Source: Chiloscyllium plagiosum (Eukaryota). From it: DNA of 64,000 nt. Below the pieces are notes generated by a model. The model had not been told where the DNA came from, searched no databases, and was given only the letters and a program-made list of their open reading frames with translations. Both the position numbers and the translations under genes were made by a program. The stretch covers positions 6,769,934 through 6,833,933 of the forward strand of contig NC_057751.1 in NCBI RefSeq assembly GCF_004010195.1. The letters run 5' to 3'. Shown piece after piece: positions 49,201 to 61,319 of this stretch; position 1 is the first letter of the stretch, and each line of letters opens with the position of its first letter.

Positions 49201-52200
49201 GTCAATGCACACTTTTTTCATAATGCTATTATCGATTGTTGTGTCCTCCTGTTAAAACACGATTTTGTACCTGCGTACTGAGCAAAACCTCTTCATCTGT
49301 TGCAGTGAATTTCTACAGCACTCTTTCTCATACTGTTGTTACCCCTTGCAGGCGAAACATTAGTTTTTTTTATTCCTCTCAGTTCAATTTTAACTGTCCC
49401 AATCAAACAAACAATCACTTTAGTTGCTGTTTATTTAGCTTATTTCTCACAGGTCAAATCTCTTGTATCTTGAGTTTTAGCAGTGTTATCGTTTCCATCA
49501 GCTTTGATGTGAATTTGGCTGATCATGTGTGTATGTGTACGTGGATCATTTGAACAGTTTCAAATGGGTTGAAAATTTCTCAGATGGACTTTTACCAGGA
49601 ACACACTATCGTGGGTAAGAGTGGCATGAATTGTATTTCTCAATTCTATTTTAGTTTTGAAATTTATCCGTGTTGATATTTTATCCCCATCAGATTTGTT
49701 GTTTCGGACAACATTATACTTGTAAGAAATGGACTCGTGCGGACCATGTCATCACATCCTCGTAACGCTTGAAAACACTTCACAGCTAAATCAATCACCT
49801 TGTAATGACAGGTGCTACTGTTATGTAAGCCAATTCGAACACAATTCCCCAAATGAAGTGACCAGTTAGTGCGCTAGTCAAAGAGGATACATCGTCCACT
49901 GAGTAGTCCCAATGGAATCTTTCTGAACCCCAACCAAAAACATGGCGTCTTGTTCTGACATATCACCCAGAACATTTCTCAGAGCCACTGCAGTGTTGAG
50001 CGGGCAAAGAATAAATAGTTTCTGAGAGCAAACTTCACACACCCCTTCCGAGGTCACTGATAAAACTGCTGAGGGGGAAGGCCACTGAGCTGACACTTTT
50101 ACTGCAGTGTAATAACAATCAGCTTTTGCAGCACTCAAAAAGGGATTTCACAAGATAAGTGTTCAAAGCTGTGAATGAGGAAGCTGATTTATACCTGACA
50201 AGCGTGGATGCAGAGTTATGACAATGACAGTGTTCCGTCTGTGCTCTACGCTTAGGCCACATTCAACCTTCATCAATTTGTGGACACCATTACTTCGACA
50301 GATTAACTACTCCAGAACCGTTGCTGCTAAATAGAGCAATGGCTGAGGAATTTGAAGATGTTTTGTCAATGTGGCAAGACAACATTTATTGCCCACACCT
50401 TTTCCCCTTGAAGTCGTGGTGCAGGAGAGCCACTTTCTTGAATTGCTGTAGTCACATGGTCTAAGAATAATCACAGTGCTTGACGGCAGAGGTTTCATGT
50501 CTTGGTCCAGCAAAGAAGAACAAACAGCAATATAGTTCCAAGTCAAGACAGTGCATGACTTATGCAGGAACACCACCACCTGCAACTTCCTCCCTCTCTG
50601 CTGCTGTCATCTTTCGAGATGTTCCAAGTTCAGAATGTGCACATGAAGAAACCTGGTTAAGTTGCTTTAATGCATGTTGTAAATGGCACGTATCGCAGCT
50701 GGATTGAAGCAGATGGTAGTGTGATTCAGTGTTTGTGATGATAGGGTGCTAGTCAAGCTGGTTTCTTTGTCCTTGACTGGGCTAGGCTTCCACAACTTGA
50801 TTCCAAAAGGCTCCTTTCCAGACAAATTAAGATTATTCCATCATGCTCCTGACTTATGTCTTGTAAATGGTGGAAGGGCTATGGAACTGTTGACATTGGG
50901 GCTTTAGTTATTTCCTGTGATAATTTGTATGCATGAACAAACTATTTCTTCACAATTTTGGTCAACGTGTTAATTATTTGGTATAATTCAATCCATTAAA
51001 ATCAACAGATGAATGGATTGTGTCAGTATTTGGACACCGACTTTCACAGAGCAACCTGAAGCCTTCAATTATTAACAACAAAAACGCAGATTGCACAATA
51101 TTGTGTACATTTTCATATTTTTTGAAAAATAGGATGTGTAAGATTTAGCCCAAGTTTTACAAATCCATGAAGGCATAAGAACAACAACTTGTTTTTTGTG
51201 TACTACTTTTCAACATTGCTACTTTCCAACATTGCTACTTTCCAGTGCATTTTGCAATGTTAAGGTGGTGTCAAGGCAGCTGACCCAATGCCTAGAAAAC
51301 GATGGGATGTGAACTAGTGGCTCAGGAGAAGGAGGGTGCGACAAGAGAATGAGTTGGGGGTGGTGAGAGTGACTCCAGAGCTTAGGACCCAGGCAGCTGG
51401 GAACAATAGTGGTATGATTAAAAAGGACATTGAGCAAGCTATGCAAGCACAAATGACCTGTGCAGGACTGAGGGAACAAGTGTGTGAAAGGATACTGAAG
51501 GGGGTCAGCAAGTCAGAGGGTAGAGTTGCTGATATGGAACGCTTTGTTACAGTTTGAGGCAGAAATAGAATCATGCACAAGAGGAGCAAGTTGTCCAACT
51601 CCGTGACTTGTTCCGCTTTCACCCCATACCCTCCAATCCCTTCAGTGTTGAACTCGTTCTTGAAAAGTGTGTTTTGGCTTCAGCCACTTTTCGTGGTGCA
51701 GAATTCCACATTCATTGCACTTTTCAGTGGGAAAACAGAGATAAAGTGCTACAGGGAGAGAACAAGGGCAACGGAATTTGCTTTCAGCACTGCTGTTACT
51801 GAGAACCAGTCTGTGGCTATGGGACTGAATGCTCTGCTTCTGTGCTGCAAATATTTCAAGTTCCATGATTCCAAGTGCATTAGGTCAATATACACACACA
51901 AGACAAACAAGGCTACAGGGATTCCTCCTGCACACGGCCTTCAATGGCCTCTTGATGCAAGCTATACAGACTGGAAGTCAAACCACGTATAGCAAGCGTA
52001 AAACAAAGAAAATATTGGTTTCATTTGAGTCAGAGAACCACCTCACTCAGCATCCCATATCAGAATGTAGATAGCATGCCAGTAGATCATTAATCCTCCC
52101 TCCCAAAAATAAATCTGTCCAAAGTTACTTGTGCGTGGATTCCATTTCAAATTTTCTCATTAGTTTCTTTTTACAGATTAAATACTGATGTTCACAACTG

Positions 52201-52644
52201 ACTGCACTGAGCCGTGGCTGATGGATGTAATCAGGATGTAATGGAATTTGCTGCTGTTACTTTAGGTCTGTCCAATTTCAGGCACACAATCAAATCCTTC
52301 CCCTTTGCCCTGTCCACAAACCAGGAATTGAGGGCAACAAGACAAAATTTATCCTTGTGTAAACTTTATAAAACCAGCACTCACGAATGCTGTGGTAAAG
52401 CTCCAGAGAAGTTGTATTTACTATTTTTCCTGAAGTGTTCACTTGTACATTCATATACAATTGCGACTGATAATAAGCTATGATAATTAGCCAGCTCATT
52501 AATGGACAGAAGCATACTGTATCAAGAGTCACTACAGTTGTGACAGGGAACAGCAACATCACTGCTCTGAAGCAGTCATCTTATCTGCTGTGATTGCATA
52601 CTGGTTAATATACAAATGCATTTTGTTGGCTCTTACTGACCATG

Positions 52645-52960
52645 TCATAGAATTAGAATTGCTCCAGTGCAGAAGGGGACCATTCGGTCCATTAGTCCAC
52701 ACCAACCTTTCTAAAGCCACCCACCACCCTATCCTTTGCCTATAACTGCATTTTCCTTGGCTAATCCACCTAGCCAGCTCATGCCCTGGACACTAGGAGC
52801 AACTTAGCATGGCCAATCAAGCTCACCAGCACATTTTTGGACTGTGGGAGAAAAATGGTGCACCCAGAGGGGACCCATGCAGACACACAATGTCTGTGTG
52901 GAGTTTGCACAGTCACCCCATGATGGAATCGCATCCAAGTCCCTGGTGCTGTGGGGACGT
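52645..52960 (-). mobile_element. HE1-type SINE
   Basis: Collinear with 7555-7897. Confidence 0.75.
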
Positions 52961-54039
52961 TCATCTCAGTTGAGTTTCATTTTCCAAGTTAACTTCATTT
53001 GTTTCTTTTGAGGCTCCAGGGAGAATGGCGTTCACAGTGCAGGCAAATGCAAAAAAACTTTTGTAACCTTGCTCATAGCTAGTAAACAGTGTAATTGAAG
53101 CACTTGTAAAGGGAGGGTCCCTCAACCAGCCACCAATAAAGCCTGCTTAATATACCATTTTTACCCTTTGTCCCTTAAACCAACATGCAGCAAGAGGCTG
53201 TATGATAATTAAGTCCATCAAAGTGGGCTCATTGAGCATCTTGACTGAAAGCATCTCACTTGTGTGCACTACTAACAGCTTAAGCTGCACTGTTAATTTG
53301 CCTCAGTCTTCCATTCAACTATCTATCTGCAGACGTTAATCCTCTACTACATAGTTGAGTGTGGAAACTGAGCCAAGGCTGACGGAGAATGAGACAAAAT
53401 GTTGCAATGTTGTCACTGTTTTAGTTTTCTCAATGCAATTCTATGTGAATATTAACGTTTGTATATACTCAACTCACAACAACCTGGTCATTCATTTCCT
53501 TGGTCTTTATAGGAGCTTGCTCACATGAATAATGGCTATGGTTGATGTATTGGCCACTGCAACTGTTCGGTCAGGTGCTTTGGAACACCTTGAGATTTTG
53601 AATAATAAATACAAATCTCTCTGATTCATTCAATCAGTCTAGACTAGATTTGAAAACTGGTCCCAAGAGTTGAACGACTTGAGGCATTGGTTTAGACACG
53701 TGAAATCAAAAGGTAGGTGTTTAAGCTTAATTAGGACAGCTTAAGCAGGATCTTTGTATTTCTTTTTTCTCCTTTCAGTTTGTCTTGAGCTATTTACTGA
53801 ATGTTGAGTCAACGCTGTTGAGATGAGAGTTGTTACCTTTCCAAGTAAGGATGTTTGCATTTACACAAGGAAAAATTGGTAGTAGTATTTTAGTTCAGTT
53901 TACATTGAGCAACAAAATGAAATTCTCATTCCATATTATCAATATGAAGTGACTATGTTGAACGGTGCCTGTGATCAGTGCATTTTGTGTGTGTGACTGT
54001 GCAAAAGCATGATGATGCTGTTGAGATGAACCCCGAAGT

Positions 54040-54610
54040 CACAAAGCAACGATTTATAACTTGTGTAATATCATTGACAGAATGCAATATCCAAAATTGC
54101 TTTACACAGAAGTGTCAGAAAGCTAAATGAAACACCAAACTACAGGACAAGAGGTCAGATCAGGTGACCAAACACTTGGGCAAATAGGTAGGTTTCAAGG
54201 AATATCTTGGAGAGGGGGAGAGGGGGAGAGGATGTTCAGGCAAAAAAAGAAGGAATTGCAGACATTCGTACAACAGCTGGAGGCACTGCTCACAGTGGAG
54301 GAATATTTAAAATTTGGAATGTTCAACAACTGGAGTTTGCAAAGTGCAAACCTTGGAGGTTTGTGGGGCTGAATGAAGTCATATGGTAAGGCCACAGGCA
54401 AGTTCCAAAATGAGGATGAAAATGTTCAAGTCAACTTGTTGTTTGTTGAGGAGTCATTGTAAGTCAACAATCCCTTGGGTGATTGGGCAGCACGAGTTGG
54501 TTTCAGTTAAGATGTGGCAGAAGAGTTTTGGGTGGCCTTTTGTTTGGTGAGAAATCAGTCTGGCAGATCAGTGTGGAATGTGCTGGAGCAGTCAAGTCCA
54601 GAGGTAATTT
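54040..54610 (-). mobile_element. Degraded L2-type LINE 3' end
   Basis: Resembles other minus-strand L2-like tracts (51190-51560, 48330-48720, 56800-57900). Confidence 0.45.
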
Positions 54611-54731
54611 ATGTTAATTTCACAAAAGCAGGAGACCTTTGCTTTTGCCAATACTTATGTTCTTGCTTGTAACATAAACTAAGACCAGAGTCACGGATTT
54701 TAAAGATTAAATAGATGTTCATTACAGCAGA

Positions 54732-55281
54732 TGTCACAAAGCTGTTCCTTTTCTCAAGGATACGGTGCCCTTGTTTTGTTTTCCCCAGAAATGTCGTAAA
54801 CAGGCCAGGCTCCGATTAAACTAGATTGGTACAGAGATGAAAGGGTGTTGAGAGGCCTTTTTGTTCATATGTAAGAGAATGAGACTTCAGGCCAACGTGG
54901 TCATGCTTTAGAAGTAACCTGTATAATGAAAGGGGAGTGGTCAACTCTCCAGCTGAGCAGTTCAGTCCTGAACTAGTTGGGAGTTCAGCAGTGAGCTGCA
55001 TGGAAACAAACAAACAAAGTCTCTCTCCTTCTGCTCTTCTAACTTCAAACTATAAGCATTTGTTCCATTTTTTTAAAAACTGTTTTTTGAGGAGGTTTGC
55101 TTATTAGGACTGTGGTGTGCATTTGGAACAGCATAACGAACTCTAGTTTGGATAGACTGAGTTCTGTCGGGGTTCTTCATTCAGTTTTTGTGTTCCATTA
55201 AGTAAATTTGTGAATAAATGTTTTGTCTGTTTTAAAATTGTTGTCAACCTCGCTAACTTACTCCGGGGTAATTTTCACGAT
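54732..55281 (+). mobile_element. LTR copy (family of 18922-19572), 3' end missing
   Basis: Starts TGTCACAAAGCTG and is collinear with the 18922 copy until the Penelope insertion. Confidence 0.85.
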
Positions 55282-55375
55282 AGGAGAAAGTGAGGACTGC
55301 AGATGCTGGATATCAGAGCTGAAAGTGTGTTGCTGGAAAAGCGCAGCAGGTCAGGCAGCATCCAAGGAACGGGGA

Positions 55376-55412
55376 AAATCGACGTTTCGGGCATAAGCTC
55401 TTCTTCAGGAAT
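55376..55412 (-). ncRNA. Minimal type I hammerhead ribozyme motif
   Basis: Minus strand reads ATTC-CTGAAGA-A-GAGC-TTAT-GCCC-GAAAC-GTC-GATT. Core intact, one stem II mismatch. Confidence 0.72.
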
Positions 55413-55580
55413 GAGGAAAGTGTGTCCAGCAGGCTAAGATAAAAGGTAGAGAGAAGGGACTTGGGGGAGGGGTGTTGGAAATGCGATAGATGGAGGGAGT
55501 TGAAACTTTATTGCTGGAACAGCACAGCAGGTCAGATGGAGGGAGGTCAAGGTGAGGATAATAGGCCGGAGGGGGTTGGG

Positions 55581-55697
55581 GACGGTGTGTGGGACGCAGT
55601 GAGGGTCAGGCTGGGGGCGGTGAGTGGGACGCAGTGAGGGTCAGGCTGGTGACGGTGTGTGGGACACAGTGAGGGTCAGGCTGGGGGCGGTGTGTGG
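55581..55697. repeat. 35-bp GC-rich minisatellite, ~3.3 copies, runs into the gap
   Basis: Unit G(A/G)CGGTG(T/A)GTGGGAC(G/A)CAGTGAGGGTCAGGCTGG(G/T) starting at 55581, 55616, 55651 and 55686. Confidence 0.92.
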
Positions 55698-55816
55698 NNN
55701 NNNNNNNNNNNNNNNNNNNNNNNNNNNNNNNNNNNNNNNNNNNNNNNNNNNNNNNNNNNNNNNNNNNNNNNNNNNNNNNNNNNNNNNNNNNNNNNNNNNN
55801 NNNNNNNNNNNNNNNN
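55698..55816. other. Assembly gap (N run)
   Basis: 119 N. Confidence 1.
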
Positions 55817-56273
55817 GATGCAATAGATGATGTGTGTGGAGGTGCAGGTGAATTTGTGGCAGATATGGAAGGATCCCTTGGGGCCTTGGAGGGAAAGTAA
55901 GGGGGGAGGTGTGGGCGCAAGTCTTGCATTTCTTGCAGTTGAAGGGGAAGGTGCCGGGAGTGGAGGTTGGATTAGTGGGGGGTGTGGACCTGACGAGGGA
56001 GTCATGGAGGGAGTGGTCTTTTTGGACCGCTGATAGGGGAGGGGAGGGAAATATATCCCTGGTGGTGGGGTCCGTTTGGAGGTGGCAGAAATGATGTGGA
56101 TGATACGCTGTACATGGGAGTTGGTGGGGTGGTAGGTGAGGACCAGTGGGGTTGTGTCCTGGTGGCAGTTGGAGGGGCGGGGCTCAAGGGCGGAGGAGCG
56201 GGAAGTGGAAGAGATGCGGTGAAGGGCATCGTCGACCACGTCTGGGGGGAAATTGCGGTCCTTGAAGAAGGAG

Positions 56274-56550
56274 TCCCTGTCCCCCTTAGTCCAAGAACTC
56301 CCCACCTACGTTCGGGACACCACCCACGCCTTCCACCTCCATGATTTTCGCTTCCCCGGTCCCCAATGCCTTATCTTCACCATGGACATCGAGTCCCTGT
56401 ACACCTCCATCCCCCATCACGAAGGATTCAAAGCCCTCCGCTTCTTCCTTTCCCGCCGTACCAACCAGTACCCTTCCACTGACACCCTCCTTCGACTGAC
56501 TGAACTGGTCCTCACCCTGAACAACTTCTCTTTCCAATCCTCCCACTTCC
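56274..56550 (+). mobile_element. Inverted Penelope RT segment
   Basis: LPTYVRDTT..IFTMDIESLYTSIPH..LVLTLNNFSF is the PLE RT motif A region, on the opposite strand to 55282-56273. Confidence 0.9.
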
Positions 56551-56765
56551 TGCTCAGCTAGAGAGTTGACCACTCCCCTTTTATTATACAGGTCACTTCT
56601 AAAACATGGCCACTTCGGCCTGAAGTCTCCATACTCTAATCTCTGGAACAAACTAGTCTAATTGAAACAGAGTGCTTTATTACCCCTCTGAAAAAGAAAC
56701 AAGGACGCAGTATCCTTGAAAAAAGGAACAGCTTTTTAGAAAAAAAAGGGACCAGCTTTGTGACA
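56551..56765 (-). mobile_element. 5' part of another LTR copy (18922 family), inverted
   Basis: Reverse complement begins TGTCACAAAGCTGGTCCC and ends ...GGTCAACTCTCTAGCTGAGCA. Confidence 0.85.
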
Positions 56766-56799
56766 CCCAGATCATGTGCAGTGTCACAAGGATGATGCT

Positions 56800-57900
56800 G
56801 CCATGAACCTGTCTGTTCAAGGTGCACCGATTTAATAACGGAGATGTAACATTACAGGAATGAATGTCTTAAATATGATTCAGAATCTCATGAGCTGTCA
56901 AGGGCAGTCTCCAGTCCTGAGTAGATGGTGACTTGCAACCTTTGTGATAGTGTCTGGTCAGACTGTCAGTGAGCTCAAGTGCAACGTGAGACTGACAAGT
57001 CAGACTGACAAAGGGTAGAGCCTGATCCAAGGAAAAGGAATGGAGTTGTACTCCAACTAAAGCTTCAGTCTTACCAATGTTGAATGGGAGGAGGTTTCTG
57101 CTCATTCAGTACTGGATGTTAACAGTTAACTGGATGTTCCACAAATGGAAAACTTACAAGAGCAAGCGCTGAGTTCATGTAACAAATGCTGTTGTTTTCC
57201 CATCATATCACTGAGGAGCAGGTAAAGGAGAAATAGATCCTTGGGGAAGACAAGAGGGTAATGGTGAGCTAACAGAGGCCATTGCAAGTGGTGCTCTGGA
57301 TACTGTCAGGTAAATATGACTTGAACTGTTAGAGAGCAGTTGCATGCAGCTGGACAACAAAGAAGAGTACTTTTGAGGAGGATGTTGTGGTCCAATGTAT
57401 CAAAAGCCACAGACGGGTTGCGAAGTTTCAGTCGAAGAATCTTTGACATGGTTACAAAGGTATATGATTCATGACTTTGACAAGTACCTTTTTAAACTCT
57501 GTAGTGGAGGTGAAACCTAAGTTTAGCATTCTCTGTTAGAGCTCTGGGCAAGGTGGGTATCGATGTTGGCGGTATAAATAGTGTCAAGGAGTTGAGGGGA
57601 AAACAAAGTCAGGTGGGATGATGGATTTCATGGGGAGGGGGATCAAAGGTTCTTTTTTTCCCCTAAAGAAAAGGTAAAGGATGATAATTTTAATGGAAAG
57701 GAGTCAACACAAAGAAAGAAAGGTGAACAATATTGCCTGGTCAGTAGCTGAATTGGGTATGGGTTAGGTGGAGGAAAACAGGATGAGTTTGGAGGGGATA
57801 TCGAGGCAAAATAGAGAAGGATGACAAGTTGAGGGCTGTGGAATTAGGAGTCAGAGCAATCATTCTGACTTCAGAAACATACATCCTGGTGAAATGGCAG
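56800..57900 (-). mobile_element. Degraded L2 LINE RT region
   Basis: WMSRNLLPFNIGKTEAL corresponds to the L2 motif WMxxNxLxLNxxKTE. Confidence 0.6.
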
Positions 57901-60900
57901 TGCAAGGTTTTTGTTTTAATGAGAAAATAGAAATAGAAGCAAAACACTTAACTTGCAGACAACAATGTTGGAACAATTCTTTCTGACTTTGAAATAACTT
58001 AATTGCAACTGAAAGAGACATAATTAGTGCAGCACATTCATTGCAGGGCATCTTGTTCATTTCAAGAAGTTATCCCCTTACAGCCTGGGGATCATGAGGA
58101 GTGTCAATACGACTGACAACTTCACAAGGAAAGATTGCAGTGGCATCTGCAGCTATGAAAGAATGTGAATTCGAAATCCTGTCATTACATGGTCACAGCA
58201 AACCTACAAAGTTCCACAGAACAGGTGGTATTTCGGGAAACGTCAACCTTGTGGGCCATGGCATTATTAACCCCACCCCTAATTCTCTAACTGGGAAACG
58301 GAGGGCAGTCATTTCTCAGTTTCATAAGATCACCAACTTCGTCAATTTATATTATGGATTAATTTGCCAACCACATGTTTTATGAATGAACCAAGGCTCC
58401 TATTTACATATTGGCTCCTTGTGTGTGCAGCAGGTGTTTAGAAGGCCTGTGGGAGTCTTGAGCGCCACATCAGCTTAATACACTAATAAGTTTAAACATT
58501 TAAATACTCATTTCCATCCCTTATCTTAAACTGTCTATATTTCTTCACCGACAACTGACTACTTTACCTTGTCCTAAATGAATAATGAAATGCACTCTAT
58601 CTTGCATGTTAAATGACTACGGCAACTTTTTTTTTTAAGCGAAACCTCCACTCCGCTCAGTTCAGTCCCAGTGGTGATTATGCAGTAACAAATGGAATAT
58701 TTTAACACTTGACACAATCGTGTTTATCTTGATGTAAAACTGATTTATATTACATCTCTATAAAGCTGTCAAATGCTTGTACAATTTTAATATCAGACCC
58801 AGCCTACTTGTTTCAATGAAATTCATGTTATGCAAATGGGGTCTTAATGGTGTGAAAGACAGCATTTCCTTGAGCAGCTCAAATTCTTACGTGGGCCAGT
58901 TTTCAGAGGGGGCGGGACATATCTAAATGCTAACAGGATCATCTGGAATCAGTGTTCATCTGGGAGGGTGAGACGGCTGGGGGCTGAGTGCAAGGTGCAT
59001 TGCAAATGTGATCTTGCCAACTACTTGGAAGCAACATGGTACCTCATACAATTAAGCTTACTATTCAGTCTTTCCACTGCCATAATGCTGTGGCTGGAGT
59101 GAGTGCTGTGACCATGCTACCCTGCAACAACTCATGAAGGTGACCTTACCAATCCACAACACCATCATCCACAAGGACAAGGCAAGCAGACACATGGGAA
59201 CTCCACCAGCTGCAAGCACTCCTCCACCGAACACACCATGGTATATGACTGTTTGTTCACTGTCATTTTGTCAAAGTCCTGAAACTCCTCCCCAACACTA
59301 AGGACTGCAACAGATTAAGGGGGCAATTCACAATTATCTTCTCAGACAAGGATGAGCATTCATTGCTGAACTTGTCACAATATCAGGTTTGTCAAACTTG
59401 TAATTGAAATTGACAGTCTTCATGGAAAGGGGTGGACTAGAATAGGGAGAGAATGGGGTACTAGGAACCTTTTTTCAGGCCTCTATTGCTCGATGATGTG
59501 AATCGAACAGTCAGGGAAGAGGCAGTCCATTGTAAGACATCAAATGACATGCAAAAATCCTATTTGGCATTACACATACCCCAGAACTTCCATCAAATGA
59601 GACTGTCCAGGAACAGTGCTTGCAGGGGGGTGGGGGGGAATGGATGATAATCTGTTGCCTCCACTTTTGCCCTTATCTCCACTGGACATGCTGTGTTAAA
59701 ATCCCTTCCACCACCATTATCCTCACTGCATATACTGAGTGTTTCATCCTGATTAACATTCAGTAGGTGAGATCTTCTTTTAATATCTTACTTGAGGGAT
59801 CATAAATTTATAAAAGCTGCTTCAGTAGGTATCAGCCAACAAATGCTGAGCAGCATCTCCATGGTCTGCAAGGAAATGTCATCAAAGAACCTCCCAAGAC
59901 CCCAGCAATTAGCAATGACAGAACCTCATCAAGATATTGTCAGTAGCTTCAGCTGAAAATACCAATTAACAAGAGCGATCTCTTGGGCAGGCTGGTATTA
60001 TTATAAGCTTCAATACCCAGTCAGGTTTTGGCATTCATGTTGTTTCGTGTTTAGCATTTGTGTCAGCTGCATAAATTTCCTACTGCAACAGAGGACGATT
60101 TCACTCAAGCAATGGCAAGGATCTGAAGTTGTTTACACCACACTTCACTCCAAGGCTTCTCTGGGGATCAGGTATGTAAAATTCTGTTTTTGGAAACTCA
60201 AATTAAATGGCACAGCTGTTGGAGAAGAAGAAAATTACTGAACTTCAAGAACCGTAAAATAAATACTTGGTTCCTAGCAATGACTACAAACCAATCTTAA
60301 AAATAAAGCCACATCGGATGGTGCATATAAATGGGGATACACTGAAATGCTTCCTTGACTGTACAGCACGTGTTACCTTCTGAAAAATTATTAGTTAATG
60401 GAGGAATTGTGAGCCTCTTGCCAGGACACATTCTGACAGGACATGTTAGGCTGAAGGCAGGATGATGATAGTGTCTCCAGATGTGATTTCAAGAGAGTTC
60501 ACAGAGTGTTAAGTCTTCAAATATATTTCAAGCAGAATCATTGAGGAGGACTTCTTGTATTTAATTCACTCATGAGATGCAAGTACTGGCAAGGGTAATA
60601 TTTATTGTCCATTGCTCTTGTGAGCCTAGCTGATGTTCCTGCTGAACAAGTCAGAACACAGGCTGAAAACACCCATATCACTGAATGTCTTGGAGAAGGT
60701 GGTGGTGATCCTCTATGAACTATTGCTGCCTTTGTGGTGGACGTGCTCTCAGTATTGCCTGGAGATAGTTTCCGGATTCTGACCCAACATTCCAATTTGC
60801 AGGCTGTGCAGTTCCTATGCACCTGCTGTCAACATCCCTCAAGGCAGAAGCATTTGTCGGCTTGGAACATATTGTCAAAAAAAAAAGCATGGGTGTAGGT

Positions 60901-61319
60901 TGTGGGGTGTGGTGTGTCTTGTAATTGGTACATATTGCAGCCATGGTATACCACTGATAGAAAGGGAGGGTGAACAAACAGCTATTGTAGTTCATAGATA
61001 AGGATGGCTTGGAGCACTTGCAGGATCAGTTTCAGGAGTAGGTTGAAAAGCAGGACCTGCAGCCCAGTAATCTCAAACATATGCCCTCATTTACTGATCC
61101 CTCGGTAAAGGGGAAAAGGTTTCCTTGCATCTCCCCTATTCATGGCCCTCAATTTTATGCATTTCATTCTCTGCACCCCAATCCCCCTCTGCCCAAGACT
61201 GCTTTGGTCCAAAGGAATTTAACCTGTCTATCCAATCTTCCTGTGATGAAAACTCTCCTATCCAGACAACATTCTGTAATATCTCATGTGACACAAGCTT
61301 CACAATTAACGGCAGATCA

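Larger units (their letters stand above)
55282..56273 (-). mobile_element. Penelope-like element (pLTR with hammerhead, GIY-YIG/linker region), with gap
   Basis: FFKDRNFPPDVVDDAL..PLVLTYHP..FTCTSTHIIYCI. Hammerhead at 55381-55408. Confidence 0.9.

Noticed and set aside
49584..49614. Possible micro-exon (AG...GTAAGA) encoding DGLLPGTHYR, FN3-like
   Set aside because: Weak polypyrimidine tract, very short, no partner exons; similarity likely chance.
51211..51242. 16-bp tandem duplication CAACATTGCTACTTTC x2
   Set aside because: Ordinary slippage duplication in a decayed LINE tail.
53779..53844. Good splice acceptor and GTAAG donor
   Set aside because: Stop codons in all three frames; a non-coding exon cannot be supported without RNA data.
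55581..55697. 35-bp repeats as a CRISPR array
   Set aside because: Head-to-tail units with no unique spacers, no cas genes, vertebrate DNA.
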